The notes below the pieces were generated by a model. It did no database searches. It was not told the DNA's origin and worked only from the letters and a program-made list of their open reading frames with translations. Shown here piece after piece: positions 45,601 through 53,778 of a stretch of 64,000 nucleotides of DNA (positions are counted from its first letter, which is position 1; each line of letters opens with the position of its first letter). The position numbers were made by a program, and so were the translations under genes. The DNA is from Bradymonadia bacterium (lineage in GTDB: Bacteria > Myxococcota_A > Bradymonadia > UBA7976 > UBA1532), in NCBI GenBank assembly GCA_046290225.1, contig JBKAGE010000036.1, positions 256,001 to 320,000 of the forward strand. The letters are read 5' to 3'.

Positions 45601-47431
45601 TGCCGAAGTCGGCGTAGTTGTCGAGGTAACGACTCTGAGCCCGCAGGTAGTAGGTGCTGAACTCACGGACCCAATCATGGCCGCCAACATCGAGGAGCTC
45701 CGGCTGCCCGGTGCGGTAGGCCTTCTGGTGGGAGTACAGCGCGTAGGAGTTACCGCAAGGCGTCACATTGTAGACCCCTATGGGGGTACCACACAGATAG
45801 TCGCCGTCTTCGAAGAGGCGGGACATGTTCCCCGCGGTCCCCATCATCTCGCCGCCGCCAAAGCCATTGTCGGCGCGCTCCCAGTTTCGAGCGGTGAAGG
45901 CCAAGTAGTTGTCGTAGGAGGTCTTCAGCTCCATACCGAGGTAGTCGGCATAGCCCATGAAGGGGATCATGGGATCAGCAGGATCGATGTTGTGCACACC
46001 GAGCCAGCGCATACCGATGAGGGCGCCACCGGTCAGCTGGAAATCCCCCCACTCGATGGGCGTGCTCTGGGTGCGGTACTTCGCCGAGCCATTGGGGGCC
46101 TGGTTGTCGAGGAGGTGGATGGCCGTACGGTACTTGTGACGGTTGTTGACGATGACCCCATAGGGGGTGCCTGCCACAGCAGCACTCTCAAGACCGATGA
46201 AGGCCCACTGCGCTGCAGAAGAGTCACCGTTACTGCACGTGGAATCACCAATGACTGGCCGGTAGAAGTGGCTGCCGGTGGCGCACCCGCTGTCGTGCTG
46301 AGCGTAGCCGAGGAAGTCCACCATCTCCTGAACCACCCAATCCCAAGTCTCACCGACAGCTTCGGGATAGAACCTGGCGGTCTGGACCGGGATGCCCCTG
46401 AGGGCAGGCAACAGCGTGGCGATGGCACCGAGGGAGAGCCCGGTGAGGTAGACGTCCTGGCGGTAGTCATGCTGGAAGTAGAGGCCCAGCTCGTTGGTCG
46501 TGCCTTCGATGCGCGGGCAGAACTCCTCGATGCCTGCTTCCCCGAGGCCACAGGTCGTGCCTTCGTCCACAGCGGAGACAGGGACGTCCACAAGGACCCA
46601 CCGGGTGTAGTTGAGGCCACGGAGCATCGTCTCTGCGTAGGGATCGTTTTCCCAGCGAGCGGCGTTCTGCTCAGCCCAGCCCTCGGGCATCTCGCGACCG
46701 TACATGTTGACGACCGGATCACCGTTCTCGTCGAGCGGGAAGGCAGGCAAGTGTCCGTTGACGCTCATGGCCCACATCATCGAGATGTTGTTGGCGATGC
46801 GGTAGCCCGGGCCATAGCGCGGGTGAGGCGCGTAGCCTTCGATGGTGGAGCCGGTGCCGCCGTAGTTGCCCATCTGGCGGTGCTGCCACCACAAGGCCTC
46901 ACGGACGGCGATGCTGCTCATCACCTCGATCTGGTCAGAGGTCCAGCGGGTGGGATCAGAGGAGGGCGTCCAGTCATAGACGTACAGACGATACGTACCG
47001 AAGGCGCGATCGTTGACGTCGCATTTGCTGACGACGCGTACGTTGAGGGTGAGGTTCTTCCCACGATCGACCTCGGGGACCTCGTAGATCTTCCCGATGT
47101 CGTAGACCGTGTTGGTGGTGCCTCGAGGAAAAGCATTGAACGACGGATCGTCGTCGTAGTTGCCGTTCCGGTTCACATCCCACGAGATGGTGTACCCCGT
47201 GCCGCAGGGCGCATCTCGAATGATGCCCTTGAGGGTGATGCGCGCACGCTCGTGCACAGGGTGCGGCAGGTCGAGGTTGTTCGGTGCATAGGGCACGGTG
47301 ATCACCGTCGGAGGGGCCGCGGCGGCTTGCCCGGCAATCAACACCCCACCCAGCAGGCTGAGCAGGGCCATTGGCCCTCGGAGGTTGGCCAGGCGCCAGG
47401 GGCTCTTCTTCGTGAGCGGCGTCAAAGACAT
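39611..47431 (-). CDS. Giant secreted protein B (about 2600 aa), full-length paralogue of protein A
   Basis: Collinear motifs with protein A (PNNLDLP.PVHE, QWA.IGLESA, YSHQK.YRTG, DPCKAPEYN); GGAGG 6 nt before ATG 47431 (ORF extends to 47500); signal ending AAA. Confidence 0.9.
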   Translation of the reverse strand: MSLTPLTKKSPWRLANLRGPMALLSLLGGVLIAGQAAAAPPTVITVPYAPNNLDLPHPVHERARITLKGIIRDAPCGTGYTISWDVNRNGNYDDDPSFNAFPRGTTNTVYDIGKIYEVPEVDRGKNLTLNVRVVSKCDVNDRAFGTYRLYVYDWTPSSDPTRWTSDQIEVMSSIAVREALWWQHRQMGNYGGTGSTIEGYAPHPRYGPGYRIANNISMMWAMSVNGHLPAFPLDENGDPVVNMYGREMPEGWAEQNAARWENDPYAETMLRGLNYTRWVLVDVPVSAVDEGTTCGLGEAGIEEFCPRIEGTTNELGLYFQHDYRQDVYLTGLSLGAIATLLPALRGIPVQTARFYPEAVGETWDWVVQEMVDFLGYAQHDSGCATGSHFYRPVIGDSTCSNGDSSAAQWAFIGLESAAVAGTPYGVIVNNRHKYRTAIHLLDNQAPNGSAKYRTQSTPIEWGDFQLTGGALIGMRWLGVHNIDPADPMIPFMGYADYLGMELKTSYDNYLAFTARNWERADNGFGGGEMMGTAGNMSRLFEDGDYLCGTPIGVYNVTPCGNSYALYSHQKAYRTGQPELLDVGGHDWVREFSTYYLRAQSRYLDNYADFGSINDRCENIPHASIVCRYSAGMMSTAWGSLVLTPTIFRPKPIAIAQALPSRVIEGCAGGGAGVVTLDHSDSFHPNRDAFIEFFQWDVDDSDGLWWETGAPPDYVSGDRQQGIQHTYLAAGSYNVTLRVVENDLGAGEPFDALSVTRVIVDRAPNAPPGVVAGGPYFLDDGDPLILDGQVSDPNQSCGDVLTVGWDFDNDGIFDDAAFASGLIPAIQLNGLPGGVEIPITIRVEDSTGLVDTDETTLTIFSAEPEAVARVNPQPAACRQPVRFDGSQSVHPNPQRDIVNYAWDVDGNPGVDGGGASPQFTYTYPSFGTFNGTLTVTDDRGRTDNVPFTVNVTEGNLPPVARTSQAIYNVAEGDPLVLDASGSSDPDGRCGDSIVLYEWDLDGDGTYGTPSDIAGVQPEVPWARLSQMNWPADRDTGLPTNTITLRVTDSLGATAEVEAGIRIFRARPIATWEQRPNPAPVRVDNGLIEATLDARDSYSPVPGVTIARYDWDLDDDGVFETQNRPVVNFSRVLFPLPDRGDEPELFVGLRVTDSVGRVNSPIYRAQVHISVPPTPPTVDPDPRDPGAEGGVGYHILVGEGITLDGSDSFDPDVGDRIVAFRWDLDGDGNFDVVRIEGDGRGDLAVTEVTPQRLAELGLDTIGEYTITLEVEDLQGLTNEGDAPLTVHPRDPEAHATANPNPTACGGQVTFDAANSTHSHPGINVVAWRWDFNGDGLYDEGEGESVNYRFQQFTFGPPLSVGLEVEDSRGHVGRTTVNMEITEGNSAPAANAGSQYAIPVGADLRLDGTASVEPNAACGDAIVSYRWDLNNDGTFDAIGATPLLTSAQLATFGMVGADTHIITLEVRDRFGRTATDEAVVWLVAPPTAVARASQAVAVCNERVEFDGGASTHDGPDGGLFEIVEYAWDMDGDGIFERNGADVFQPVVARDRLEARLRVTDGFDRVAYDTVTVNVNIANLRPTADAGGPYVTGLFNGNFVGVNLDGRASTDANAPCDAIQDYWWDTDGDGLYGSEDVDGAGSLVGTDYIGDVVRDYINPTWEVGTTQVVGLKARDAFGEWSEVVETEIRVRSKIPPTGEIITPRADDCVTEDLANVEFVLRQPGGGAVVVTAFIGDTQVGGPINLNLPQPGDDVQGTLPIDISGLDDGLSGLRLVVLDDEEEEHTIGSGGNVIFDREGPEVQLNALLVEGACYDANEIPDAQVNAIDDIDPAPQLQSEEVADACGRTMTVTAVDACGNETVVTRSYLVAELVDVTIAGAEENAVVSNARLNWDLIGPAQCSTGVVSTLSRNGGPAAPYAENTLIQAEGRYALNLAVSDCQGRDNNVVRNFTVNAPPVADPGGPYLGLEGEEITLNGGNSSAPEEEDFIASIEWDMDNDGVYELLGEVVSFTPMDNGMITGTMRVTDGQGATTTTNVDVLVNDISPVAVPGGPYETSQGLPVEFDATGSFSTNPQADPLTAVEWDFGDGETVSGGLELLQVSHRYLQQRNYNVLLTVSDEDNSTTVVVPVAIIDVGPVIAGVEAPVDAFEIREWPFEVEAFQGSPDDPILEYRWDWGDGSPIDSGPELIATSHAWRDAGTYTVTVQIRDIDSVVDHTFDVVVRPMTLLESMLYVQEVLEAVDQGPVINALLVDAVAWLNKGIWAEQNDLRGNTFESLSRVMGLMVGAQGVGADLGDSLWVLSRALLRSVEAMQSEILDPANGGAPLAADDHPSMLRAGDFIASSREIFDDPDFMPNVRGGLLAFQASDLFRATYEAYFYLRDAIDPCKAPEYNGFAMPDIEDLLDRAIESNPVNNQLGQAMSRLASEIQSYIDLGNSAPGRAQAIDALGQLRDIQRLLSNRIDIGECADAACLSDRDALSLLLNLMDLANSMVEAYNDGTYVRTWQACMIEAVKFRTELSEMRMQYVCGLNNPYVQEVSVARTAGMELVNDGNVIGALDYFRSRDIRCLAIRGYNKCLVPRYPAVNQEYERPEFCPDDDLDPENPNPGGSD

Positions 47432-47858
47432 CTTCATCCTCCGCACTGTGTGTTCCCTCTCTCCTGAGCAGTCAGTGAAGGCAACTTCATACACAAACAT
47501 ACATCATCTGACACTGTTTTCAGATGGGTCGATTCACACCCATCCACAGATGCAGACTCAAAGGCCCCACCCTTCGAGCCGTAGACGCGGTGGGGGTTTT
47601 CACCCGCTGCCGCCTCTCCAGTCAGTTGTATGTGTGTCAAGGGCCTACACCCAACGTCTCAGTTCACAGACCATCCAACGCACTCGTCTCCCGGGGGCAT
47701 GGGACCACGGCCCCGGGGTCGGACGCAACATCGCCACCGTAGGTGTTTACGTACAAGGTGTGCTCGTAGTTACACCTACAGCGATCATCCCTCATGATAG
47801 CCGGGGACGAGGTGTAATCAATGGTATGTCACTGAAGGAAAGGAAGCTGGGAGGGCAG

Positions 47859-48782
47859 TTACTGAAGATCTTTACGGATATCAGGCAGCAGTTTTAAGAG
47901 CGCCAGGGTGATCTCCTGGGCTTCCTTGCTGTGCTTGGCCTTCCATTCCGGGCTGATGAACAGCACGGCGTCGACAGAGGTCGTGTCCAAATCGTCATCG
48001 AGCAGGTTGTCGTATACGTCTTCGTCCACCTCGGACTTCGCGTACACCGCGCGCCGCTCACGGCCCACCTTGCGGCTGAGCTGCTTGTCGCGCAGTCGCA
48101 CCAGCTTGAGCTGATCGCCGAACTGGGCATCTGCAGTCTTGAGCACCTTGGGGCGGGCGCCAGAGACCATGACCATGCATTGTGCCTGCACTCCGTCGAC
48201 CACCTTAAGCAATGCCTCTTCGTTGGAGGCCTCGGCATAGGGCAGTCGGGCGTAGAACGGGTTGAGGCGGGTGAACAACTTCCAGGTGATGTAGGTGCCC
48301 GAGCCGAAGGGCATGATCAAGATACGGTGCTTGCTCGACCGCAGCTGTCGCACGTCGTCGATGCCGGCCTTGCGGTTGCACAGCAGATGAATCGACTCCG
48401 GGTACAGCGTGGTGATGCGCTCCATGGTGAGCGTGCTGTCGGGCTTCTCGAACTGATAGAGGGTGTACGCGTCGTCCTGGGCGATGATGGCGTCGCACCG
48501 TCGAGGCTGAGCGTCGATGCCCTCGAGGTTGTCCCAGCTGCCCTTGGTCTCCACGACCTCGACGGCGACCTTGCCCTCGAGGGCCTTGGCGATGGCCATG
48601 CCCGCACGGTGATAGCTGTTGCCATGGGTACCCGTGCACAACTTCAAGGTGCCGGGCCCCTTCTTCTCAGGGGTATCGGCCTTGGCGGCAGGCTGGTTCT
48701 GCGGCTGACTCTGGGGTTGCCCCTGCGCACTGACAGAGTGGAGGGGGCCAAACGCCAGGAGAGCGATGATGATGATCCTCAT
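47859..48782 (-). CDS. TAXI-family TRAP solute-binding protein
   Basis: Signal peptide; TG..G.SY, ETKGSWDNL, AIIAQDDA, LYPESIHL, GSGT. Confidence 0.8.
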   Translation of the reverse strand: MRIIIIALLAFGPLHSVSAQGQPQSQPQNQPAAKADTPEKKGPGTLKLCTGTHGNSYHRAGMAIAKALEGKVAVEVVETKGSWDNLEGIDAQPRRCDAIIAQDDAYTLYQFEKPDSTLTMERITTLYPESIHLLCNRKAGIDDVRQLRSSKHRILIMPFGSGTYITWKLFTRLNPFYARLPYAEASNEEALLKVVDGVQAQCMVMVSGARPKVLKTADAQFGDQLKLVRLRDKQLSRKVGRERRAVYAKSEVDEDVYDNLLDDDLDTTSVDAVLFISPEWKAKHSKEAQEITLALLKLLPDIRKDLQ

Positions 48783-48860
48783 GGTGAGGCTGCCCTTTTC
48801 TTCAGGTTCATGGGCGCGAGGCCCGGTACACAGACCGGTGTGACCGACGTGGGGGCCGGC

Positions 48861-50219
48861 TCATTCACCTCGCCCTTGTTGTCGCCACCACGGCACCAGA
48901 GCAGAGATGAGGCCGGGGACTGTATAGATTTGCGCCGTGAGCGCAACCTCGAGCCCAACCTCTCGAGCGGTCTTTTCAGTGATCGGTCCGATGCACGCGG
49001 CGCACACGCGCTTGGAGATGGTGGACCACTGTGCCGCGTCGAACAAGCCCCGAAAATGAGTGGCCGTGGAGGAGGCGGTGAGCGTAATCACGTCGACCTC
49101 CCCAGCATTGAGGGCCTGTACGACGCTCTGCTCAGGTGTACCCGGTACGGTTCGGTACACAGGCACGACATCGACAATGGCGCCCCGAGCTCGGAGCGTC
49201 TCCGGCAAGATCTCCCGGGCCACTTCTGCCCTGGGGATCAAAATGGACGCCCCGTCGAGTGCGTGGGCTTCGAAGGCTTCGATGAGGCCCTCAGCCACAT
49301 ATCGCTCGGGGAGGAGATCGGCTCGCAGGTTCCAACGCTTCAGCGCCCTTGCCGTGGCAGGGCCGATGCACGCGATCCGGCACGAAGCCAGGGCCCGGGC
49401 GTCGGCCACTGACGACAGGATCTCGAAGAACCGATCCACACCGTTGACGCTGGTGAAGACCACCCAGTCTCTCTCGGAGAGCCCCTCGATGGCGCTCAGG
49501 ACATCTTCAGGTGACGGAGGTGGCTCGATGGCGATGACCGGGCACAGGATCGCCTCGGCGCCCAGCGCCTCAAGCGCCTCGATCATGTCGCCTGCTTGCG
49601 CCCTGGCTCGGGTCACGGCCACGCGCAAGCCGTGCAATGGCCTGTCCTCGAACCATGTCGAACGCCGAGAATCTGCACCTGCAACCTGAAGTGTCCCCTC
49701 CCCCAGGCCCACCATACGTTGTCGTGGGTGGCCAGGCTCGGCCACTGACCAGCTCTGTGAGCCACAGGTCCCTTCCACTCGGGTGAGATCTCCAAGCTCG
49801 ACTCGAAATGCGCTGCCCAGACTCACCCCGGCACGTGCGAGGGCGGTCAAGGTGACCGAAGGGGCAGTGAGCACAGTATGAGGGACTTCGAGTGCCGAGA
49901 GAGCGAGGGCGATCTCCGAAGCTCGGGACTCCACCCAGCCATCTCCAAAGCACAGACACACGACATCTTGGCCACCTTCGAGGAGACCCTTGATCACCTC
50001 TGCGGTGTCTTCGGGCTCGGACGGGCTGATGTGCCACTGGACGGTGGGTGGGGCGAGGGCCGAGATCATGGCAGTGAGGGCTTCGGGGCATACGACGTGC
50101 CCCGAGGTCATCTGTGAGATCAGCGCTCGAAGGCGTGCGCCGAGACAGGCCAGCTCACCTGTCCCCGCACCCGCGAGGTAGACCCTCGGAGCGAAGGGCC
50201 CGACCCGACGCTCACTCAA
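48861..50219 (-). CDS. hemD: Uroporphyrinogen-III synthase with degenerate N-terminal CobA/SUMT domain
   Basis: WFEDRPLHG.RVAVTRA, WVVFTSVNGV, IACIGPATA, TASST, ACIGPIT. Confidence 0.88.
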   Translation of the reverse strand: MSERRVGPFAPRVYLAGAGTGELACLGARLRALISQMTSGHVVCPEALTAMISALAPPTVQWHISPSEPEDTAEVIKGLLEGGQDVVCLCFGDGWVESRASEIALALSALEVPHTVLTAPSVTLTALARAGVSLGSAFRVELGDLTRVEGTCGSQSWSVAEPGHPRQRMVGLGEGTLQVAGADSRRSTWFEDRPLHGLRVAVTRARAQAGDMIEALEALGAEAILCPVIAIEPPPSPEDVLSAIEGLSERDWVVFTSVNGVDRFFEILSSVADARALASCRIACIGPATARALKRWNLRADLLPERYVAEGLIEAFEAHALDGASILIPRAEVAREILPETLRARGAIVDVVPVYRTVPGTPEQSVVQALNAGEVDVITLTASSTATHFRGLFDAAQWSTISKRVCAACIGPITEKTAREVGLEVALTAQIYTVPGLISALVPWWRQQGRGE

Positions 50220-51157
50220 TGATCTGTGGCCTTGAGGGCTTGGAGGATCCCACGACCGCCGGCATCGAGGAGAGCCTGAGCCACGGTGGCACCCAAGGCC
50301 TCGGGGTCGGTGCCCATGTCGGTGTGCACCACCATCTCGCTGCCATCCGGGGCGCCAACGAAGGCTTTGAGCCGGATGTTGCCCCTGTCGACGGTGGCAT
50401 AGGCCCCCACAGGAATACGGCAGTCACCTTCCACTGCGGCGAGGAAGGTCCGCTCTGCGGTGACACAGGTGGCCGTGTCGGCGTGGTGGATCGCTGACAG
50501 CATGCCCAGAATCTGCGCGTCGCCCGCCCGGGCCTCCACCGCGAGGGCGCCCTGGGCCACGGCGGGGATCCAGTGCTCGGGGTTGAGCGGCATGAACTCC
50601 ACGTCTTCGCGCTCGGTGAATTCCAGCCGCAGCATGCCCGCCATGGCCAGGATCACAGTGTCGACCCGCCTCGGAGGCGGATCGATGAGCCGATTCACTC
50701 GGGTGTTGACGTTCCCACGGATCGGCACGATCTCGGACTCGGGCCAACGACGCCGCGCCATGCAGGCGCGGCGCAGGCTGGAGGTACCCACGAGCGGGGG
50801 CGCCTCGGGGCTCTCCCCGATGCGGGTGATCAAGACATCGCGGACGTCGCCACGGACAGGGATCGCCCCCAGCGTGAGGCCCTCGGGCAACTTGGTGGGC
50901 ATGTCCTTGAGGCTGTGCACGGCGATGTCGATCTCACCGGCGATCATGGCCTCCTCAAGCTCGTGGGTGAACAGGCCCTTACCGCCGAGCTCCGAGAGGG
51001 GCTGACCGAGGAAGCGATCCCCTCGGGTCTTGAAGATGGTGCGCTCCACCTGCAAGCCAGGGTGGGCGGCCTTGAGCCGATCGGCGACATAGTCTGCTTG
51101 CCACAGGGCCAGGTCAGAGCCTCGGGTCCCAATGCGAATCACGGGATCGGCGCTCAT
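50216..51157 (-). CDS. hemC: Hydroxymethylbilane synthase
   Basis: IRIGTRGSDLALWQA, GGKGLFT.ELE, AVHSLKD, GTSSLRR, IRGNV.TR, PAVAQGAL, GDCRIP. Confidence 0.97.
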   Translation of the reverse strand: MSADPVIRIGTRGSDLALWQADYVADRLKAAHPGLQVERTIFKTRGDRFLGQPLSELGGKGLFTHELEEAMIAGEIDIAVHSLKDMPTKLPEGLTLGAIPVRGDVRDVLITRIGESPEAPPLVGTSSLRRACMARRRWPESEIVPIRGNVNTRVNRLIDPPPRRVDTVILAMAGMLRLEFTEREDVEFMPLNPEHWIPAVAQGALAVEARAGDAQILGMLSAIHHADTATCVTAERTFLAAVEGDCRIPVGAYATVDRGNIRLKAFVGAPDGSEMVVHTDMGTDPEALGATVAQALLDAGGRGILQALKATDH

Positions 51158-52536
51158 GTGCCCCTCCTGCCAGTGTTCGATGATGTGTTGACGGGTGTCT
51201 CGGATTTGACGGGCGCTGTGGGGGCGCCGTGGCCGTTCATCGGCGTCGGCTGCCCCTCGAGGCTGTCGATCTCGAGATTGAAGAGTTGTTGCACGAGGGC
51301 GATGGTCTGAGGGCCACCCTCAGCGCTCTGGGATCGCTTCAAGCCGGTCTGCACACCATGGAGCAGCTTGTTGATCACCCCATCGACGAGACGCTCCACC
51401 GACTTCTGCTGTGCGGGCGTCAGATCGCCGAGCTTGCCCCCGGCGCGGCTGAGCTCTTCGGCCTTGATGTCGGCGGCCTTGCGCCTGAGGGCCTGAATCA
51501 CGGGCTTCACCGCATTTTGTGTGCTCTGCGCTTGGACGAACCGGGTCACCTCGGAGGTGACCATCTGCTCTGCCTGCTCTGCCTCTCGCTGGCGACTGGC
51601 GAGGTTCTCCTGAGCGATGGAGGAGAGGTCGTCCACGTCGTAGACGAAGACCGAGTCGAGGTTGTTGATCTTGGGATCGACGTTTCGAGGTACGGCGATG
51701 TCGATGAAGAACAACGGCCGGTATTTCCGGGCCTTGAGCACCCGCTTCACCTGCTTGGGACTGATGATATAGTCCCGAGCGCCGGTGCTGGTGATGACGA
51801 TGTCGGTCCGCACCAGCAGCTCGTCGAGCTCGTCGAGACCCCGAGGGTGACCACCAAGGGCTTCGGCGAGACGTACAGCGCGATCGATGCTGCGGTTGGC
51901 CACCAGCAAGGTGTGCACCCCGCCATCGACGAGGGCCTTGGCGGCGAGCTCCCCCATCTCACCAGCGCCCACCATGAGGGCGGTGCTGCGCTTGAGATCA
52001 CCGAAGATCTGCCGCGCGAGATCGACGGCCACGCTGCTCACGGAGACAGCGTTGCGGGCGATGCCGGTCTCTGTACGGACCCGCTTGGCCACCCTCAGGG
52101 CCTGATCCATCGTGCGCTGTAGAAACGCCCCAGCAGCCCCGGACTGTCGACACAGATCGAAGGCGGTCTTGATCTGGCCCTGAATCTGAGGCTCACCCAC
52201 CACCATGCTGTCGAGGCTCGCCGTCACCCGGAATAAATGCCGCACAGCATCTGAGCCCGCATGTACGTAGGCATGGCCATCGAGCAATCGCGCCGAGGCA
52301 CCCCCGACGCTGGCGAGCACCTCGGGCAGCTGTCGACGGGCCTGGTCCACGTCTTCGGCAGCGGCGTAGACCTCTACCCGGTTACACGTGGAGAGCACAA
52401 AGGCTTCGGTGGTGCCAGGGATCGCGCTCACCGCAGCGGCGGTGTCGGGCACCTGCCCTGCAGGGATGGCGAACCGCTCTCGGATTTGCACGGGGGCGGT
52501 TCGATGGCTCAAGCCCATGACGATGAGCTGCTTCAC
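51154..52536 (-). CDS. hemA: Glutamyl-tRNA reductase
   Basis: GLSHRTAP, LSTCNRVEVY, SLDSMVVGEPQI.GQ, GAGEMG, DIAVPRNVD. Confidence 0.97.
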   Translation of the reverse strand: MKQLIVMGLSHRTAPVQIRERFAIPAGQVPDTAAAVSAIPGTTEAFVLSTCNRVEVYAAAEDVDQARRQLPEVLASVGGASARLLDGHAYVHAGSDAVRHLFRVTASLDSMVVGEPQIQGQIKTAFDLCRQSGAAGAFLQRTMDQALRVAKRVRTETGIARNAVSVSSVAVDLARQIFGDLKRSTALMVGAGEMGELAAKALVDGGVHTLLVANRSIDRAVRLAEALGGHPRGLDELDELLVRTDIVITSTGARDYIISPKQVKRVLKARKYRPLFFIDIAVPRNVDPKINNLDSVFVYDVDDLSSIAQENLASRQREAEQAEQMVTSEVTRFVQAQSTQNAVKPVIQALRRKAADIKAEELSRAGGKLGDLTPAQQKSVERLVDGVINKLLHGVQTGLKRSQSAEGGPQTIALVQQLFNLEIDSLEGQPTPMNGHGAPTAPVKSETPVNTSSNTGRRGT

Positions 52537-52557
52537 GAGAGGGGCACCTTCATCGCT

Positions 52558-53343
52558 TCAGGCAAAGCCGAGGGTGTACTGCGCCACCACGACCATGGCC
52601 AGGATCAGCCCCGCCGCGGTGAGCACGGCGGCCCGACGGCCACGCCAGCCTGCGGTGAGACGTGCCTGGAGCACGCCGCCGTAGATCAGCCATGACACCC
52701 CAGCGAAGATGTAGGCGCTCTTCAGACCCGCCTCGGGGCCGATCTTCAGGGCAAAGGCGCTGCCGAGGAGCAAGGCCAGCGTATAGAACGGAAACCCCAC
52801 GACGATGCCCCGGAGCGAGAGCCGATCGAGGACCTCGAGGGGGGGCAGCTTCTTGCGCAGAGCCGAGCGCTTCTTGTCTTTGAGCAACCTCAGCTGCAGC
52901 AAATAGAGCAGCGATACGGCTGTGGCGAACGTGAACGCGGTGATGCCGATGAAGGCCAGGGTGATGTGGATCACCAGCAACCCGTCCGACGTGCTGGCCA
53001 TGAGGGCCGCCTCGGGGTTGGGGATCAGCAACGTGAACATGCCCAGCACGGTGGCCGGCGCGGTGACGAAGCTGCCCAGGGCGGTGATCGGGTGGCGCCG
53101 CAACAAGACGAGGTACAAGGCCCCCAGGCTCCAGGCAGAGCTGCCCAACAGCAGCCGGTTGCCTCCGGCGACGCCATGGCGGGTGGCCCAGATGATGAGG
53201 AGCACCCCCCACAGCGCGAGGGTGCCTCCGAGCATCCAGTGGGCGAGCGTGCCCTTGCCCTCCTGATGGCCCCAGAGGGCCGCCAGATAGGTCAATGTGG
53301 TCAGGGCAAAGAGCCCGACACCGATGCCGAAGGCGATCTCCAC
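52558..53343 (-). CDS. ccsA: Cytochrome c assembly CcsA/HemX-like membrane protein
   Basis: HI.LA, LYLLQ...LK.K...LPPLEVLD, GWRGRRAA; directly upstream of hemA. Confidence 0.8.
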   Translation of the reverse strand: MEIAFGIGVGLFALTTLTYLAALWGHQEGKGTLAHWMLGGTLALWGVLLIIWATRHGVAGGNRLLLGSSAWSLGALYLVLLRRHPITALGSFVTAPATVLGMFTLLIPNPEAALMASTSDGLLVIHITLAFIGITAFTFATAVSLLYLLQLRLLKDKKRSALRKKLPPLEVLDRLSLRGIVVGFPFYTLALLLGSAFALKIGPEAGLKSAYIFAGVSWLIYGGVLQARLTAGWRGRRAAVLTAAGLILAMVVVAQYTLGFA

Positions 53344-53378
53344 ACGTATCTCTCAGGTAGGGGTTTGCGAAGCGTCTC

Positions 53379-53708
53379 TCAGAGGTTGTCGTCGATCATG
53401 CCCTTGAGGCGGGCCCGCACGTTGCCGGAGAAGCCCACGTGACGATCGACGAGCTTGCCACCCTTGAACAGCAACAGCGTGGGGATGCTCTGCACGCCAT
53501 GCTGTGCGGCGACGGCCTGGCTCTCGTCGATGTTGAGCTTACCGACGACGGCCTTGTCCTTGTACTCGGTGGCCAGGGCCTCGATGTGGGGGGCGATCTG
53601 ACGGCAGGGGCCGCACCAGGGGGCCCAGAAGTCCACGAGCACGGGCTTGTCGGAGCCGAGGACCTCAGATTCCCAGTTCTTGTTGTTCAAGGTGACGTAA
53701 TCAGCCAT
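53379..53708 (-). CDS. trxA: Thioredoxin
   Basis: VLVDFWAPWCGPC, SIPTLLLFK. Confidence 0.96.
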   Translation of the reverse strand: MADYVTLNNKNWESEVLGSDKPVLVDFWAPWCGPCRQIAPHIEALATEYKDKAVVGKLNIDESQAVAAQHGVQSIPTLLLFKGGKLVDRHVGFSGNVRARLKGMIDDNL

Positions 53709-53778
53709 CAAAGGCCTCACTTTCTCTGTTGCCCGATGTGGGCGTTCATGTTGATTCAGTCTCTGCGGGGTGATGCCA

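Noticed and set aside
47690..47790. c-di-GMP riboswitch (GGACGCAA-like string)
   Set aside because: Wrong strand for gene B, and the remaining consensus elements were not found
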